Origin: Enoplolaimus lenunculus
Lineage: Eukaryota
DNA length: 64,000 nucleotides
Assembly (NCBI GenBank): GCA_030248215.1
Contig: JASANG010002365.1
Location: forward strand, 62,001 to 126,000
Direction: 5' to 3'
Part shown: piece after piece, positions 12,359-61,071 of the stretch
How the letters are laid out: every line of letters starts with the position of its first letter
Numbering within the stretch: position 1 is the first letter of the stretch
Position numbers and translations under genes: made by a program
The notes under the pieces: generated by a model
What the model saw: only the letters and a program-made list of their open reading frames with translations
What the model was told of the DNA's origin: nothing
Databases searched by the model: none

Positions 12359-13923
12359 GTTAGTCTAAGCAAGATTAGTCGAGAATTTGAAAAATATTAT
12401 TTACGCAAATACAAAGTTCGTCTGGATATGGTATGTAGATTAAGCGTATGCTCGGCGCTGCAAAAGCGTATTCCTAAGCCAAAGCCTAAGCAAAAAAATG
12501 TAGTCTGGAATGTAAACCTACGCTTTTACAGACTCGCCAGAAACCGAGACGGCCGTAAAAGTAACATGGGCCAAAAAATTCACACATCCTAACGTTGTAT
12601 AAAGTTTACATGAGGAATACAGCAAGTGATTCGACCTAAAATATAAAAAATTTAAATAAGAAATTAGTTTTGCATTACACAATAGGTGTTTAGCAGAATT
12701 TTTTTGAAACTTTAATTAAGAAACCGCAAAATTTTCGGCGTCCATACGCTTGGAAACTGTTCGTTATTGATAGTATCTTAGCACACGCGGCAAAACCCAT
12801 GACTCTATACTTTGCACAGGTCAGCGGTCTGAGATGAACTTTGACGTTTAAACATTTGAATTGCGTAAAAAAATTAATTGCTTAAATTTTAAATTAAATT
12901 TAAATTTTAACAGTTGAAAAAAGGTGACAAATTAACGACGACGAGTCGGCAATCGTGTTTGAAGTCAAAAGCATGGCTTTGACGCGTACTGGCACACGTG
13001 ACCATGGATGTCGCGAGACAAATTTGAAAAGATTCAAATTTCAAATTTAACTATTTTAAAATAAGGTGTAGCATTTACAGCAGAAACGATTTTAAATATT
13101 GATGATTTGATAGTCTACGTTGACCGGCGCTAATATGACCTCAAATTTAACAGCCTGTGTTTTGCCCTTAATTGACTGTAAGTCAACCTTTTAATGAGAA
13201 ATTTTAAGGCCCAAAGTTGTTCGTTTTTGCCTGTTTAAGTTCACTTATTAAATAAATTGACCTAAGTAAACACCTTGCTCTATAAGCGAAAGAACCAGTT
13301 GTAAGCGATTAACCCGTTTCTGGTTTCACATTTACTGCAACTTGTACTTAAACCTTGGTTTTTTGCATCTTTACCCCTCATTAATTAATGCTTTATATAC
13401 TTCATATGTGATCGAGCAGTATTTTATAACTACATTTTGCAAGTAAACCCATTGTATTATAGTGTAAGTATATATTTTAGATTGAAAAAATATTGATAAA
13501 CCAATAAAGCAGTGGTTAAATATATTATTTGTGCATCATCGTTAATTTTAAATCCATTCTTACACACTCCGTCGTTGGACTTAAAATTCTTTTAATTTCG
13601 AGTAAAAATTCAAATTTTTAAAAATTTTAATAATTTACAGCTTTGATGTCAAACTCTTGCCAGGGTTTTTTGTACAGCTGGTTTAAAAGACTGCGTGTTT
13701 TGTCAAATTGAAATTTTGTTTAATTGGTTTTTGGTATTTTATCATAGATTTTAAAACTTCATTCTGAATTAATTATCACTCATTACCAAAAATTAAGTAT
13801 GGTACGAACTGTAGGTTTTCTGTTTATCATCAAACACGTCCCCACGGGTCGGGCATTGATGGCCGTGAGCCATCGCCAAATGTGGCTCTGGTGCCTCCCA
13901 AGCAATCTTAAACTGTAATTGTA

Positions 13924-14267
13924 CTCTCTAAAAGCTTAAACTAACTTGATTTAAGTTTAAGCTAATCCACCAGTGTTAAACTAACTTTCCAGATTAACTA
14001 AACTAACCGGTAGGTTTACGCTTAAACTCTTTTAAAATGTTACTTATTTTCAGTTTAAGCTAAACTTAATCAACTCTTAAATACACTGCTGCACTTGTTA
14101 CTTAATCTAAAAATAAGTTTAGTTAATCTCGTGTTAAACTTAAAAACACGATAGTTTAAGTAAAACTTAATATTCTAGATAAGTTAGTCCGTCCAGCCAT
14201 TTAAGTTTTACTTAAACTGATATTCAAGTTTAGTTAAGCTATAATTTAAGCTAAAGCTTTTAGAGAG
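13924..14267. mobile_element. TA-flanked MITE with TTAAACT/AGTTTAA repeats
   Basis: TA|CTCTCTAAAAGCTT...AAGCTTTTAGAGAG|TA. Confidence 0.65.
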
Positions 14268-14552
14268 TAGGGATTGCCAAATTCATTCGGTGCTCCCGCG
14301 CCAAATATTATTTTGTGCAGGCGCGCGCCTCTGCTTATATCAACCAGTCAAAATGGTGGCAAATTTGCAACCCTTAAACAATCATCCTAAAACTTTTTGG
14401 TCCTCAAAACTGCGCAATACTTTTTGTTTACATTTCGGTTCTTGTTTTAATTTTTGGCAGCAAAGTGTGCATTGACTTTCCAAAAATTGTTCTATTTGCA
14501 TACAAATATCAATATCGGTTTTTGAGACAACCTGCAGGCCGTTTCTGTTATT

Positions 14553-14700
14553 GAAAAATGCAGTTGGAGAGGCGGTTTGCGTGGCGCAGTGGTAGAGTAT
14601 TCGCTTAAAAATCCGTAGGTTGAGAGTTCGATCCCCGCTGCGGAGGCCGGCTTTTCCAGCTACTTAGTAGAAAGGTCTGATGTCCCGGGTCCTTAGACCA
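14553..14700 (+). repeat. tRNA-derived (SINE-like) repeat / tRNA pseudogene
   Basis: A box TGGCGCAGTGG and B box GTTCGATCC (14574-14646); anticodon and acceptor stems do not pair. Inverted copy at ~19170-19310. Confidence 0.7.
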
Positions 14701-15147
14701 ACATGGAGGTCCCATAGTGGTCATTAACTTTGGGCAAAATTTCCAAACAGGGGTCGTGCAGACCGTATAGCACCAACATCCTTGTTTTGACGGCCTTGAG
14801 CCCGTCTATATTATCAGCAGTTCATATCTTGGGGTACCAATTTTATAATAACTCTTGTGCAGGAATTGCTAATTTTAGTCTATAGAAACTATGCTGGTTT
14901 TTAAATTAGTTAAATTTTCTTAAAATTGCATCATCGCTAATTTCGAAAAAATCAGATTTTTTGCATGGATTGTTGAAAAGTAAACCCCTGGCGAAATGCA
15001 TTTCGCTTCCCCCTGTTTTGACCAAACTTATTTTTGATCTCCTAGTGTTTAAGATTTGTCACATGGAAACGTAATTTTGCATATTATATATTACATATTA
15101 AATCTAGCAAATAGGTGTTGTGGCTTATATTTTGCAAATATGAAGTG

Positions 15148-15328
15148 GACCCATATATAGAGCAGGGCCCAAACTATATTATATAAGCATATTTCTAAGC
15201 CTATGCCTAAGCGTAAGGATGAGCCTATACCTAAGCCGAAGCATAAGCAAAAAAGTTAGTCTAAAGCTTAAGCTTATTCTATTACAGTCCCACAGGAAAA
15301 TGCTCCGACCCTGTTCTATACATGAGCC
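15148..15328. mobile_element. TTAGGC-containing MITE nested in a Helitron
   Basis: GACCCATATATAGAGCAGGG...CCCTGTTCTATACATGAGCC with CCTAAG repeats. Confidence 0.75.
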
Positions 15329-15342
15329 ATGATAGAAATCAA

Positions 15343-15752
15343 CCCATTATCGTCAAATTTTTAGGGGTTCAGATTTGAATTTTTTACCCCGTCTCTATTG
15401 CACCTTTTAGGGGCCGCTTGTTATATGAAACATTAATTACAACAGCTAGCGAACACTGCCCAAAATACAGTATGTAAAGCCCATTTTCGTTAAATTTTTA
15501 GGGGTTCAGATTTGAATTTTTACCCCGTCTCTATTGCACCTTTTAGGGGCCGCTTGTTATATGAAACATTAATTACAACAGCTAGCGAACACTGCCCAAA
15601 ATACAGTATGTAAAGCCCATTTTCGTTAAATTTTTAGGAGTTCAGATTTGAATTTTTATACCCCGCCTCTATTGCACCTTTTAGGGGCCGCTTGTTATAT
15701 GAAACATTAATTACAACAGCTAGCGAACACTGCCCAAAATACAGTATGTAAA
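15343..15752. repeat. Tandem repeat, 3 x 136-137 bp
   Basis: Units start at 15343, 15480 and 15616 and are nearly identical. Confidence 0.95.
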
Positions 15753-16518
15753 ACGTTCCAGCTTTAATAATATAGACAGATTAAAGTTCGTTCGTTAATT
15801 GTACTTGAAACTTTAACTCATCGTTATTTTTCATATTTTTAGACCATTTTAAGCGTTTAATTTTAACAGACAACTGTGTTGATTTGCCCAACAGCAAAAT
15901 GCAAACTTTTCAATACGTAAACATCTGTTTAGAAATTGTCATTTTAAAATTTAAGCTTATCGACACTGCCATATTTATTTATTTTGCACGTGTCAACATT
16001 ATGTACGACCTCAGTTTCAAACACACTCGTTTTCGTGCCAGAATATACGCTCATATGGGCATTAATCGGTTTCAACAAGCATAAAAGCACTGTGACAATT
16101 CAAATGTTTTCATTTTTGTCATATTTTCGGGTATATATAAGTTGCCAATCAGAGGTCAAACTGTGGTTCGCTTGACCCATGGATATATTTAGGGCGCACG
16201 CCTTGTGGTCAAAAGTTTATTACAATTTAAGTGGCTGAATTTCCGATTTTAAATTTTACTGACTGTGCGAGTGAAGTTTTTGTCAAAAATTCTTCAATGA
16301 CCAGTCGAGTCAAACAAAGTGATTAATTGCAATTTACATCAATGCTTTGTATTTTGCCAATATACCCCCCCACACTGTCTATTGGTCAATATTAATAGTA
16401 ACCTCAAAGGGTGGTTGGAAAATGATTTCAGCGGTGAAATAGTTTTCAAATACCTTTTATACGACCCGGTAGATTGTTTCTGCTGAATTTTTGATTTTAC
16501 TCAAATAGCAGGTTTAAC

Positions 16519-16602
16519 ATAGTCAACGTGGTGCAAATTTGCAATCCTAAACCGTTGCATAAAATACGTATGTGGAGCGTTTCAGCTTTAATAATATATA
16601 GT
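16519..16602 (-). mobile_element. Minimal (~84 bp) Helitron derivative
   Basis: Family head and hairpin tail are joined almost directly. Confidence 0.65.
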
Positions 16603-19600
16603 TTAACAATTTTTTTTCAAAATATTTTAAACTTTATCTGTCGCGTCGGCGTTTACGGTAAAAGTGACCAAATGAGGTTTTCAACGAAAATCTCAACGTT
16701 TATTAAATATCTGTCAAACTTACAAATTGGCCAATATCTCGTAATTCATTTGGGGATTGTAATCGTATTCGAACTCCATATTTGTGTTGAATTTTACAAC
16801 GGTGGAATTTAACTCAATTTTAAACGACTTCACGTTCATTTGAGCCCGTCAGCTGCCGTTTTCGAGAGTCTGTAAGCTTTTAAAAATGTAAAATTAAATT
16901 TTCAATTGTTAACAACGAAATTTATTAAATTTTACAAGGCTTTGGAGTTGAATTTTCATGAAGCATATGTGATTCGTGTACGCTAGATTCATATGCTTTC
17001 TATAAAGTGTAAATTCGAGAAAACTGTTCTAAATGTGCAGTTTGCCGGAAATATTGCATGCAACTGCAATTTTAACACAGCCGTCTGAACATATGTTGCA
17101 CTGCGTTTTAACGAACGGGTTTATTAAGACTGCAGTACAGTATACGATTTACAATTTGATCCATTTTTATCTGTATGAGGCTTGTCTACTAAGGCTCAAA
17201 GCCTACCCATAAGCCGTCCAATCTAAACAACAGGGGCGGAACAGTATTATAAGCTTATTGTTTTCGATGATAAGTTACTCGTTAACGTAGTTGTTGGAGT
17301 GAAAATAAATCTTGAAAAATGGACTAAGAATGTCACATCTCGAAGACATCGCCTTAACAGCGATCATGCTAACTCCACTGATTCTCGCCTTTTCGACAAC
17401 GTTCCAGTAACACTTCGCATATGCTTCACAGAGATTTTTTGGCAGTTCCAGTGAGATCGGTGTGCCTACGTACACTGCTCTATGGGTCTACGAATCGCGG
17501 TTAAAATAACGTTTGGCCATCAGGTGCCAGAGCACGCCTAGAATGGGGGCCATCACAATTCCGGGGTAGGGGCCCCCTTGCCATGATTAAAATAATTTTT
17601 ACCATTGTGTAAATTTCAGCTTGGACTAACTGGATACTTTGACAAAAAACCGTTCAATCCTTGAAATCGTTGGGGGGCGGGACCATAAGTGATAACCAGC
17701 GGAAAGGATTTACTTGATATCGTAATGGGGTTTTAGCTAAGTCCAAGAAACTGAAAAATCTTTGTAAGCAATTGCAGGCCTATGATAGTTGTAGAGCTGT
17801 CCACTGGAAACAGGAGGGATCTGGAGGCTTAAAATAATAGGCTTAGGATTATGGACTCATGTAAAGATCATGGGCGGAACGCGTTTCTATGTGACTAGAA
17901 TGGAAAAAACTTAAGCTTTAGACTATTTTTTGCTTGGCGTAGGCTTTCATAAAATTTAGCTAATTAAGTAGTGACAATTAGAGGTTGCGGATCCAGAAAT
18001 TTCTGACGGGGGAGACGGGCTGGCACAGGTTATGAAACGCAATTTTTACAGTATGCTATATATGGCATTGGCAGCGAAAAAAATGAACAATAGACAACTC
18101 ATTTTCCCCGAAAAATTTATCGACGGAAACAGTTGTAAGACAGGGACCTTATCATTTGATCACAAAAAATATCTCAACTCAAAAATTGTATTTATTTACA
18201 AAAAAATTTCTGAGAGAAAAAATTGTAAGGTACGGACCTTAATACCATTTTATCGCAAAAACTTTAGAACTTACTTTACTTAAGCAGTATCGTGTAAAGT
18301 TTCACCTGTTGACGGTATCAATTTAAGTTTCCTATGAGACAAATACGACAAACTCCAGTTACAATCCACATTCGTTACTTTAAGTTTGATTCGAGGCAAA
18401 TCAAATCTTAGTTCCAATTATATATCAAATTTTCTTAAATTTGAAAAAATTATTGAATAAATAAATTTCAATTCTTATTTTCATGACGAAAAGTCGTCGA
18501 AATCATTTTGAGTATTTCACAACATTGTTGCTCAATCTTATTTGTCTAATTTAGATTTAAAATCGTCAACAAAATGTTAAATATCAAACGTACACCTGCT
18601 TTGCTGATTAGCACTATATTAACCACTCTAGAAGTGTGCAAATTAAATTTTGTCTCTATTCAACGGACTCCCACATCCCACAAAATCTATAGAAGCCTTC
18701 CATTCAACGGCGGATCCAAAAATTTTTTGGACGAACGGGGTTCAGGCTGGCAAAAGTTATGAAACGCAATTTTTACTGTATGCAATATGTGTCAATTTTC
18801 TGATGACAAAGCATTATAAGGTAATGACTTTTACCATTTTATTGTAAAAAGATTTCTAACCGGGGGTGGTTAGTACGCCCGTCCGTCCCCTCTGAATCCG
18901 CTAGAGCTTGCATTATACATGTTATATATAGCCATGAAGCATCTGCCCCCCATGATAGCAGTTTTATATTGACATGTGTCGTGACAAAACGAACGACCCA
19001 ATCGTAGCGTGCAAATAATTGCATTTTAGCTTGCAATATCTTGCTTGCTCGCGCATCTTTTGTGTTTGCAAGCGGGTTTTATAATGCATTAAAATACTGA
19101 CAATGGTGTTTTCGCAGTTGCGTTGACCTCATCAAATTGTAAAGTACTTGTGTATGGTCAGTCTAAATAGGAACCGGGATTTCAGACCTTTTTTACTAAG
19201 CAGCTGGAAAAGCGGGCTTCCGGAGCGCGGATTGAACTCTGAGTCTACGGATTGTTAAGCGAACACTCTACCTCTGCGTCACGCAGCCGGCTATTCCAAC
19301 TGCATTTTTCGTCGACTATATGTGTCGACCGTACAACACATTGTGCATTGCATTTCTTGCATATGCAACAGGACAAGCATGTATCGCATGCTTACAGTGT
19401 ATATTCCGGTTAGTACAGTTATGATTTTACGACAAATTTGAAAATTTGAAACTTTGGTTTATGATTTAGCATTGTGGGGGGGTTGCATTGTTAATTCCAA
19501 TGAGAGTTGATATTAACTTAATACGAATTGACTTGATTCTTACTCTGAGTAGAGTTTGCTGAGCTGATTAATTAACTCAGAATGAGTTGAATTGAATCGA

Positions 19601-20310
19601 AACACTGAGTTCGGATATTTCCAACTTGACAGATTCAGAGATTTAATTCATTGTGAGTTAAAATCAACTCTATGTTCTGATTGGATCTCTTAGATTTTGT
19701 GAAGTTAAAACATTTAAATCCGAGTCAGTTGATTTTATGTCAGAATGAGTGAAATCCACCCAGAAGCCTGGGTTCTGAATTAGATCTTCCAGAACTCCGA
19801 ATTCTGAATTGACGGAACTCATTCTGTCTTAATCAACTCGCTCGAAATTAAATCAGCATAGAGCGTTGATACCCGAGTTGCTGTTGGACCCGCTGCTTTG
19901 TTATTGGTAGGATTTCTGATTGAATGAACATTTCGTGGCTGCTCCGGTCCTGAACCGAAACACTTTTAATGTGAACGGCACTTGCGTATCTAAGAGGGAA
20001 ACTCCGGGCACAGGATGCCGAAACGAATCCAAACAAACTATCTTTATTTTGTGATTTATTACTAAAATTGCGTTTGGCTTCTTGTTCACTTCGCTTGAGA
20101 GACCGTTGATTTACCACTGCTGTTGAAGGGCGCCCGCCGACTTTGGTCTGCGGGGTGGTCACAGCCATAGACACGGCCATTTATACAGGCTATTAAAATA
20201 CAATGATTAGCTTCATTTCGTTGAATATTACTAGCAAAAACGTTTTTACAAAAGAAAGATTGAATTTTGGCTAAAAAATTTTACGTAACCTTAAAATATC
20301 TGGAAATGTT

Positions 20311-20380
20311 GCAAGACGGTGGTTTCGAACTAGCGACTTTCTGCGTGTCAAAGCAGACGCTATTACCGCTGCACCACGTG
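20311..20380 (-). pseudogene. tRNA-Val-like pseudogene
   Basis: Minus strand GTGGTGCAGCGGTAATAGCGTCTGCTTTGACACGCAGAAAGTCGCTAGTTCGAAACC. Val-type anticodon arm with an 8-nt loop; no acceptor stem. Confidence 0.55.
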
Positions 20381-22423
20381 TTAAGACATCACTGTGTATC
20401 ACTTGCGTTTTCAAATTTATATAATTAAAGCTGGAACATTACTTTGTTTACAATATTTTCTTAGAACGGAAACGTGATTGTTCTGTGAAAAGAAAATTTG
20501 CGTGACGATTGCTGTGCATTCGCTAGAAAAAGCCATTGTATAATTTAAACAGATTTTAACAAATTTTATCACGTCAGAATGTGATTTAAATATTTTGAAA
20601 TGTTTTGTTTGTTCCCTCAGTTTAAAATAAATGACGTTTTAAATGACGTTTTGTATGATTAATGACCATATGTGGTACTTTTTTTGAATTTCAATATTTA
20701 AAACATTTTGTTCAAATTTCTATCCAGTTGGCTGCTACTACGCGAAGACGAGCCATTTATAGCAGATGCTTGTCATTAGCGCATAAGTTTCAAATAATTT
20801 GCGGCAAAAAAATTTAATTTTGTGGCTCTTAAATAATGTTTACTGACCCAGTCGATTTTAATTAAACATTGGTTACAAAAGGTTATTTTATTTTTAAATT
20901 CACCTTAGCTGGGCCCAACGCCATTCATTTTATACTTTCTTTTGGGTAAAACCAACAGTGGATAATCGCTATTTAACAAGAGTGTGCAACTGGACACAGT
21001 CTGTGGTAGAAAACAATGTACCCGGCACGCGTTGTGTTTTTACCATACCTTCCCTTTACTTAGAAAGGGTACAACCGGTACGAACCATGGCACTTTATGT
21101 ATGCGGTGTCAAACATGCTCCCCTTATAGTTTAATTTAGGGGTATTGGATGTGACAAATGACCTTCCTCTAAATAAAGGGGGGCTCGGGTAAAAACTCAA
21201 CGCTCGGTGGTACATTTTCTGCCAGGCGGTAGCCCAAGACTTGCACACTCTTGTCATGACCCATCGCCACGTCTGTTAACCTTTTTCTAGATTTAGTAAT
21301 ATTTATGCGGGTTGTCGCTGTCTGACACATATTTGAGCAGTCTAGGCCAGTTTTCAGCTTTGATCTCTTTTTTGGGATTTACGGACTCTATCCACTAAGG
21401 AGTGTAAGAATACTGACTTCTGTTGGTTGAGACTCAAAATGTGAAGCCCTCTTATTCGGGTTAATACCGTACTTCTGTGCTTCAAACTTATTTAAAACTG
21501 TCTAGAACCCTTTGCCAAATTTTATTTGCTAAACAATTGCAGTCAGTTTGCAGTAAAGTGCAACACTTATTAAAAACGGTATTGTAAGCATGTGAGACAT
21601 ACTTGTCCGTTATATGCAGCTGCAATATAGTGCACTGCATTGCATGTATGCTAGCCGGCATCATACGGTCGACATAGACTTACATTTATTACCGTTTGCA
21701 AACATGCGTTCAGGTTATTTTGTGCGATATGTTTGTGATCAATAACTGGTTTCATGTGAAATTCCCACGATTTTGGAGCCAACGCGTGAATTACCATCAA
21801 TTACTACACATCAATTAAGTACAATTAATTTTAATTATTCTGACCTAAAATTGCACAATTATGCAATCGCAGCACGAGCAATGTGTAAGCCGTTCCGGAT
21901 ATTGCTAAAGTGACGTATTGTAATGCTAATCTTTAGGTTTACATTTTATTTGAACATCGAAGTAACTAGTGCTAATAGCACATTTGGCTTCTTGTTCGCT
22001 TCGCTCGCGAGTTTTTTTTCGGCAATTATATATTGCATCTTGCAAATGTCGCTCCAATTTTAAAAAAACTGTTGCATCTCTTATGTTTACGATACAACGG
22101 GAGCACGGATGAGTTTCTAGTAACCGTACTGGGGCGTTTTAAAAACTTTTAACTTCAGTTTAAACGACAATTTGAATGAAATTAAAACGTTTTTACGAGC
22201 CGACGTAGCAAACTGGCGGTTTGTCGTAGATTAAATTTTTTAGACCAGAGCCTGTATTCTTAAATGTGTGTAGCGCCTATAATCAGTTGGTGATAGGTCT
22301 GGTAACTTTCGAACCACGAAATGGTGACGTTTGAAATTCAGTACATTTATTGCATTACTGTACTTTTATGTTCATATTTTGAGATCTCAATTGCAGCAAT
22401 TCGTTAGTTTGAAAACCTATTAC

Positions 22424-22799
22424 CAAGAGTGGATGATCACTCTTTATAACAAGAGTGTGCAACTGGGTACACTTTGTGTATTAAAGAATGTACCCGGCAC
22501 GCGTTGCGTTTTTGGCCTACCCCCCTCTTGTTTAGGGGGGTCTGTATGCAGTTTTATATCGTAGTAAAATTATTGTGTTAATATAGTCATACACGCAAGT
22601 GTGATTAAACAACATAGTTGACCCCCTTAAATGAGGGGGGTAGGTGTACTGAATCATACTTTATTGTTAATCTCTTGTTTAACCCCCCTGATTGAGGGGG
22701 GAGGTCGAACACAAATGCAACGCGTGCTGGTACATTTAGTACCATGCACAGCCCAAGCAGTTGCACACTCTTCTGCAAGGTGGACATCATCCGCTCTTG
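22424..22799. mobile_element. P-element-like MITE nested in a Harbinger-like MITE
   Basis: CAAGAGTGGATGAT...ATCATCCGCTCTTG termini, 7-bp TSD CTATTAC. The host MITE sequence resumes after the TSD. Confidence 0.78.
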
Positions 22800-23395
22800 C
22801 TATTACCATCTGGTGACGTTTTGTTTTTCAAATGCTATATCTCATTGTTGTTTTATTAATTTAACCTTTTCAAGCATGAATATTTCTATTTCATTCGAAC
22901 GTTTATTTTAATGCAGGACTCGGACCAGGAGAATCTAGTCTGAAAGCTGTTTACCATCATCGCTAAGCCATCCCAATTTCCCAAGATCTTCAACAAAAAA
23001 CGTTGCGTCCAAAATCGTAAGCGTTGGCTAATTTCCGGGTAATATCCAAATTTCTCAAAATCACAAATTCCTCGGTAATATCGTAATTTTTTAAAAATTC
23101 CAATTTCTCTAAATCCCGAGTGAAAATAGGTATTTTCAGATATAACTTTGAGATTTTGCACTACACATTTATCTAAGAATTCATGTATTTATTGTACGTT
23201 CATAGTTTGAAGTATAGTTGCTCATAGTGATTTTGGACCCTAAAGTAAAGATTAAGCGAATCATGTCGTAAAAGATAAAGTCTTGCAACATTTGGTTATT
23301 TTAATTTTCAAAATTGAAATTTTATTTTGTTTACACAACTATAAAAATAGTCTAAACAATATTTCTCGGTAATTTCCAATGTGTTTTAATGTATA

Positions 23396-23762
23396 CTAGT
23401 CAACGTGGTTGCAAATTTGCAACCCTAAACACATTTAAATACAGACACCTGTGTACTGTTTTATTAGAACAATCTACGTATGAATTTAACCAATCTCATA
23501 CTTTTTACTATTTAATTCATTAGCCATACGTAAGTGTATAAAAATTTGGGCCAATGTAAAAAACAGGACAGGAACTGTATCTAAGCATATTCCTAAGCCG
23601 AAGCCAAGCAAAAAATTAGTGTAAAGCATAAGCTTACTTTTTCCTAGTCTCACATAAAAACGTTCCGGCCCTGATCTTTACATGGGCCAAAATTTGTAAA
23701 AATCCGCTGAAACATCGGCCAAAATACGTATGTGGAGCGTTCCAGCGTTAATAGGTATTAGA
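23396..23762 (-). mobile_element. Non-autonomous Helitron
   Basis: Minus strand reads A|TCTAATACCTATTAACGCTGGAACG...GGTTGCAAATTTGCAACC (perfect hairpin)-ACGTTGA-CTAG|T. Canonical TC...CTRR termini at an AT site, no TSD. Confidence 0.85.
23549..23688. mobile_element. TTAGGC-containing MITE (GG..CC termini, Merlin/MULE-like)
   Basis: GGCCAATGTAAAAAACAGG...CCTGATCTTTACATGGGCC. Perfect 8-bp TSD AAAATTTG. Confidence 0.85.
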
Positions 23763-25551
23763 TTTTTGTAATGTTAATTAAACTTTCGTACCGTGTAAAA
23801 TTAACAAAAAAGTCATCAATCAGTTCAAGCTAAAAACTGTTGAAATATAAATTCGTACGCAGATTTTAAAATAAATTCAAATTCTAAACGCACAAAAAAA
23901 TTATATTTTTCAATAGAATAATTTGAAGCAAATTTTAGACGCCAACAATACTGCTATTTTGTACCATATATTTCTTGAATTTATGCGTTAATGGCCTTCG
24001 AAGGCGCAGTTGTCCTGTCATAAAAGCGACAATCCGCTATCGGATTAGGCTTTGTGATTTTAGTATTGTAAGTTTAGAGAAACTAGGTTACGCGTAGTTT
24101 AAATTTGACCAACTTAATATTGGTGGGTGCTAGTGTGTATTATAGTTTATGAGCCATTTATAAGCATGAAAAAATGTGTGTCGATTTGTTCTTGAGTTTG
24201 CCTAAAACTCACAGGGTGGACAGCTTTGGTCGAGTTTTCAAGTCATGTCTGGTTAAGGAGCAGTAGTACCTACGCGGAAGACTTAGGCTCAAATCAGTTG
24301 AGGACTCGGGACGACATTTTCTTACCGTCGTAATTAAGCATTCAGTTCGCTGCTAAAGTTTGGAGTTGCCGTTCAGTGACTGATTGACATTGGCGCAGGA
24401 TCTGTCTGGCGTTTATACTTCGAAATTTTTAATATATCATACGAGATAGTAGCCATAAATATTATGCGTTTGACCGTCGGATTTAAAAAAATTTGCATAT
24501 TTGAGCTTCTCATGACCTTCAATGATCATTAAGGCGGACGTTCAGAATATGGACCCTTGTAGGAATAAAGACAAGTTATTTTACAGAATTCGACGCGCTA
24601 AGTTCAGTGGCATCATTAGTCAGTTTAAGCTTTAGACTAATTTTTTTGCTTAGGCTTAGGCTAAGGAATAGGCTCATCCATACGCTTAGGCTTAGGTTTA
24701 GGAATATGCTTATACTACTGTTCTGGCCCTGTTCTATACATGGGCCTGTTTTGTCAACAATTTACGATCAAATATATAACTCATTTTGCACCATCCCAAA
24801 TCGCTAGCAGCAAGCTAAATCCGTTATTTGACAATAACTCGTTAACAGAACGTCTGATTGCATAAAATTTAATGTCATACGTCTCAGCCCCGTTATCTGC
24901 ATTCAATGGCATTATTCGACTTGTTCGCGATTTATGCAAATGTTTTGGGTATAAAAGGATGAAGTACTTTTAGATCTTGGAAAATCGAATTTTTCAAAAA
25001 TTCAAACGTATTTGTAACATAATTTGAAAGAGGACACGACAGATTCAGGTATGCAAACGTTGTCAAAATCCGCCGATTGTCAGGCAAACGTCGCCTGGCA
25101 AGGGGATAACCAAAAAAGGTCATTCCTTTCTACCAGACACCACCTTGGCATACTAAAATCTGCTACATGCAAAAGCTTTATCTGAAGCTCACAATATCTT
25201 TCTTAGTAGCCAAATTGATTAAAAAATGTAGCACGAATACGACCCGAGGTGAACAAATTGGTCGAGTTATAGGTTCAATTTGTAACCTGTTTAAATTTTG
25301 ACCAATTTGCCTAAAATCACCCTTTAAATATTGCCAAATTTCAAAACGTAGTTTTCTTTTCTAGTGCAAAATTTTCAATCCGTCACTGTTGATATATGCA
25401 GAACACTAAAGTTATTTAATTTTAATGTGATTTCAGATTTACAGTAAGACTAAATATTGCATTAAAATTGATATTTTGGATACATTTTTGATGAGCGAAC
25501 ACATCCTGTCTTGAGCACTATTGTGTGAGATTAGCAAATCCGCATCCGGTA

Positions 25552-61071
<35,520 letters not shown>

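Larger units (their letters stand above)
14344..15776 (-). mobile_element. Composite non-autonomous Helitron carrying a tandem repeat, a MITE and a tRNA-like segment
   Basis: Minus strand 5' TCTATATTATTAAAGCTGGAACG at 15776; 3' GGTTGCAAATTTGCCACC..CTGG|T at 14344. Same termini family as 23396. Confidence 0.65.

Noticed and set aside
14574..14646. Functional tRNA gene (also 20311-20380, 32058-32130 and the MITE cassettes)
   Set aside because: A/B boxes are present but acceptor or anticodon stems do not pair, and most are parts of dispersed repeats.
15343..15752. CRISPR-like array
   Set aside because: Head-to-tail near-identical 137-bp units with no unique spacers; eukaryotic context and no cas genes.
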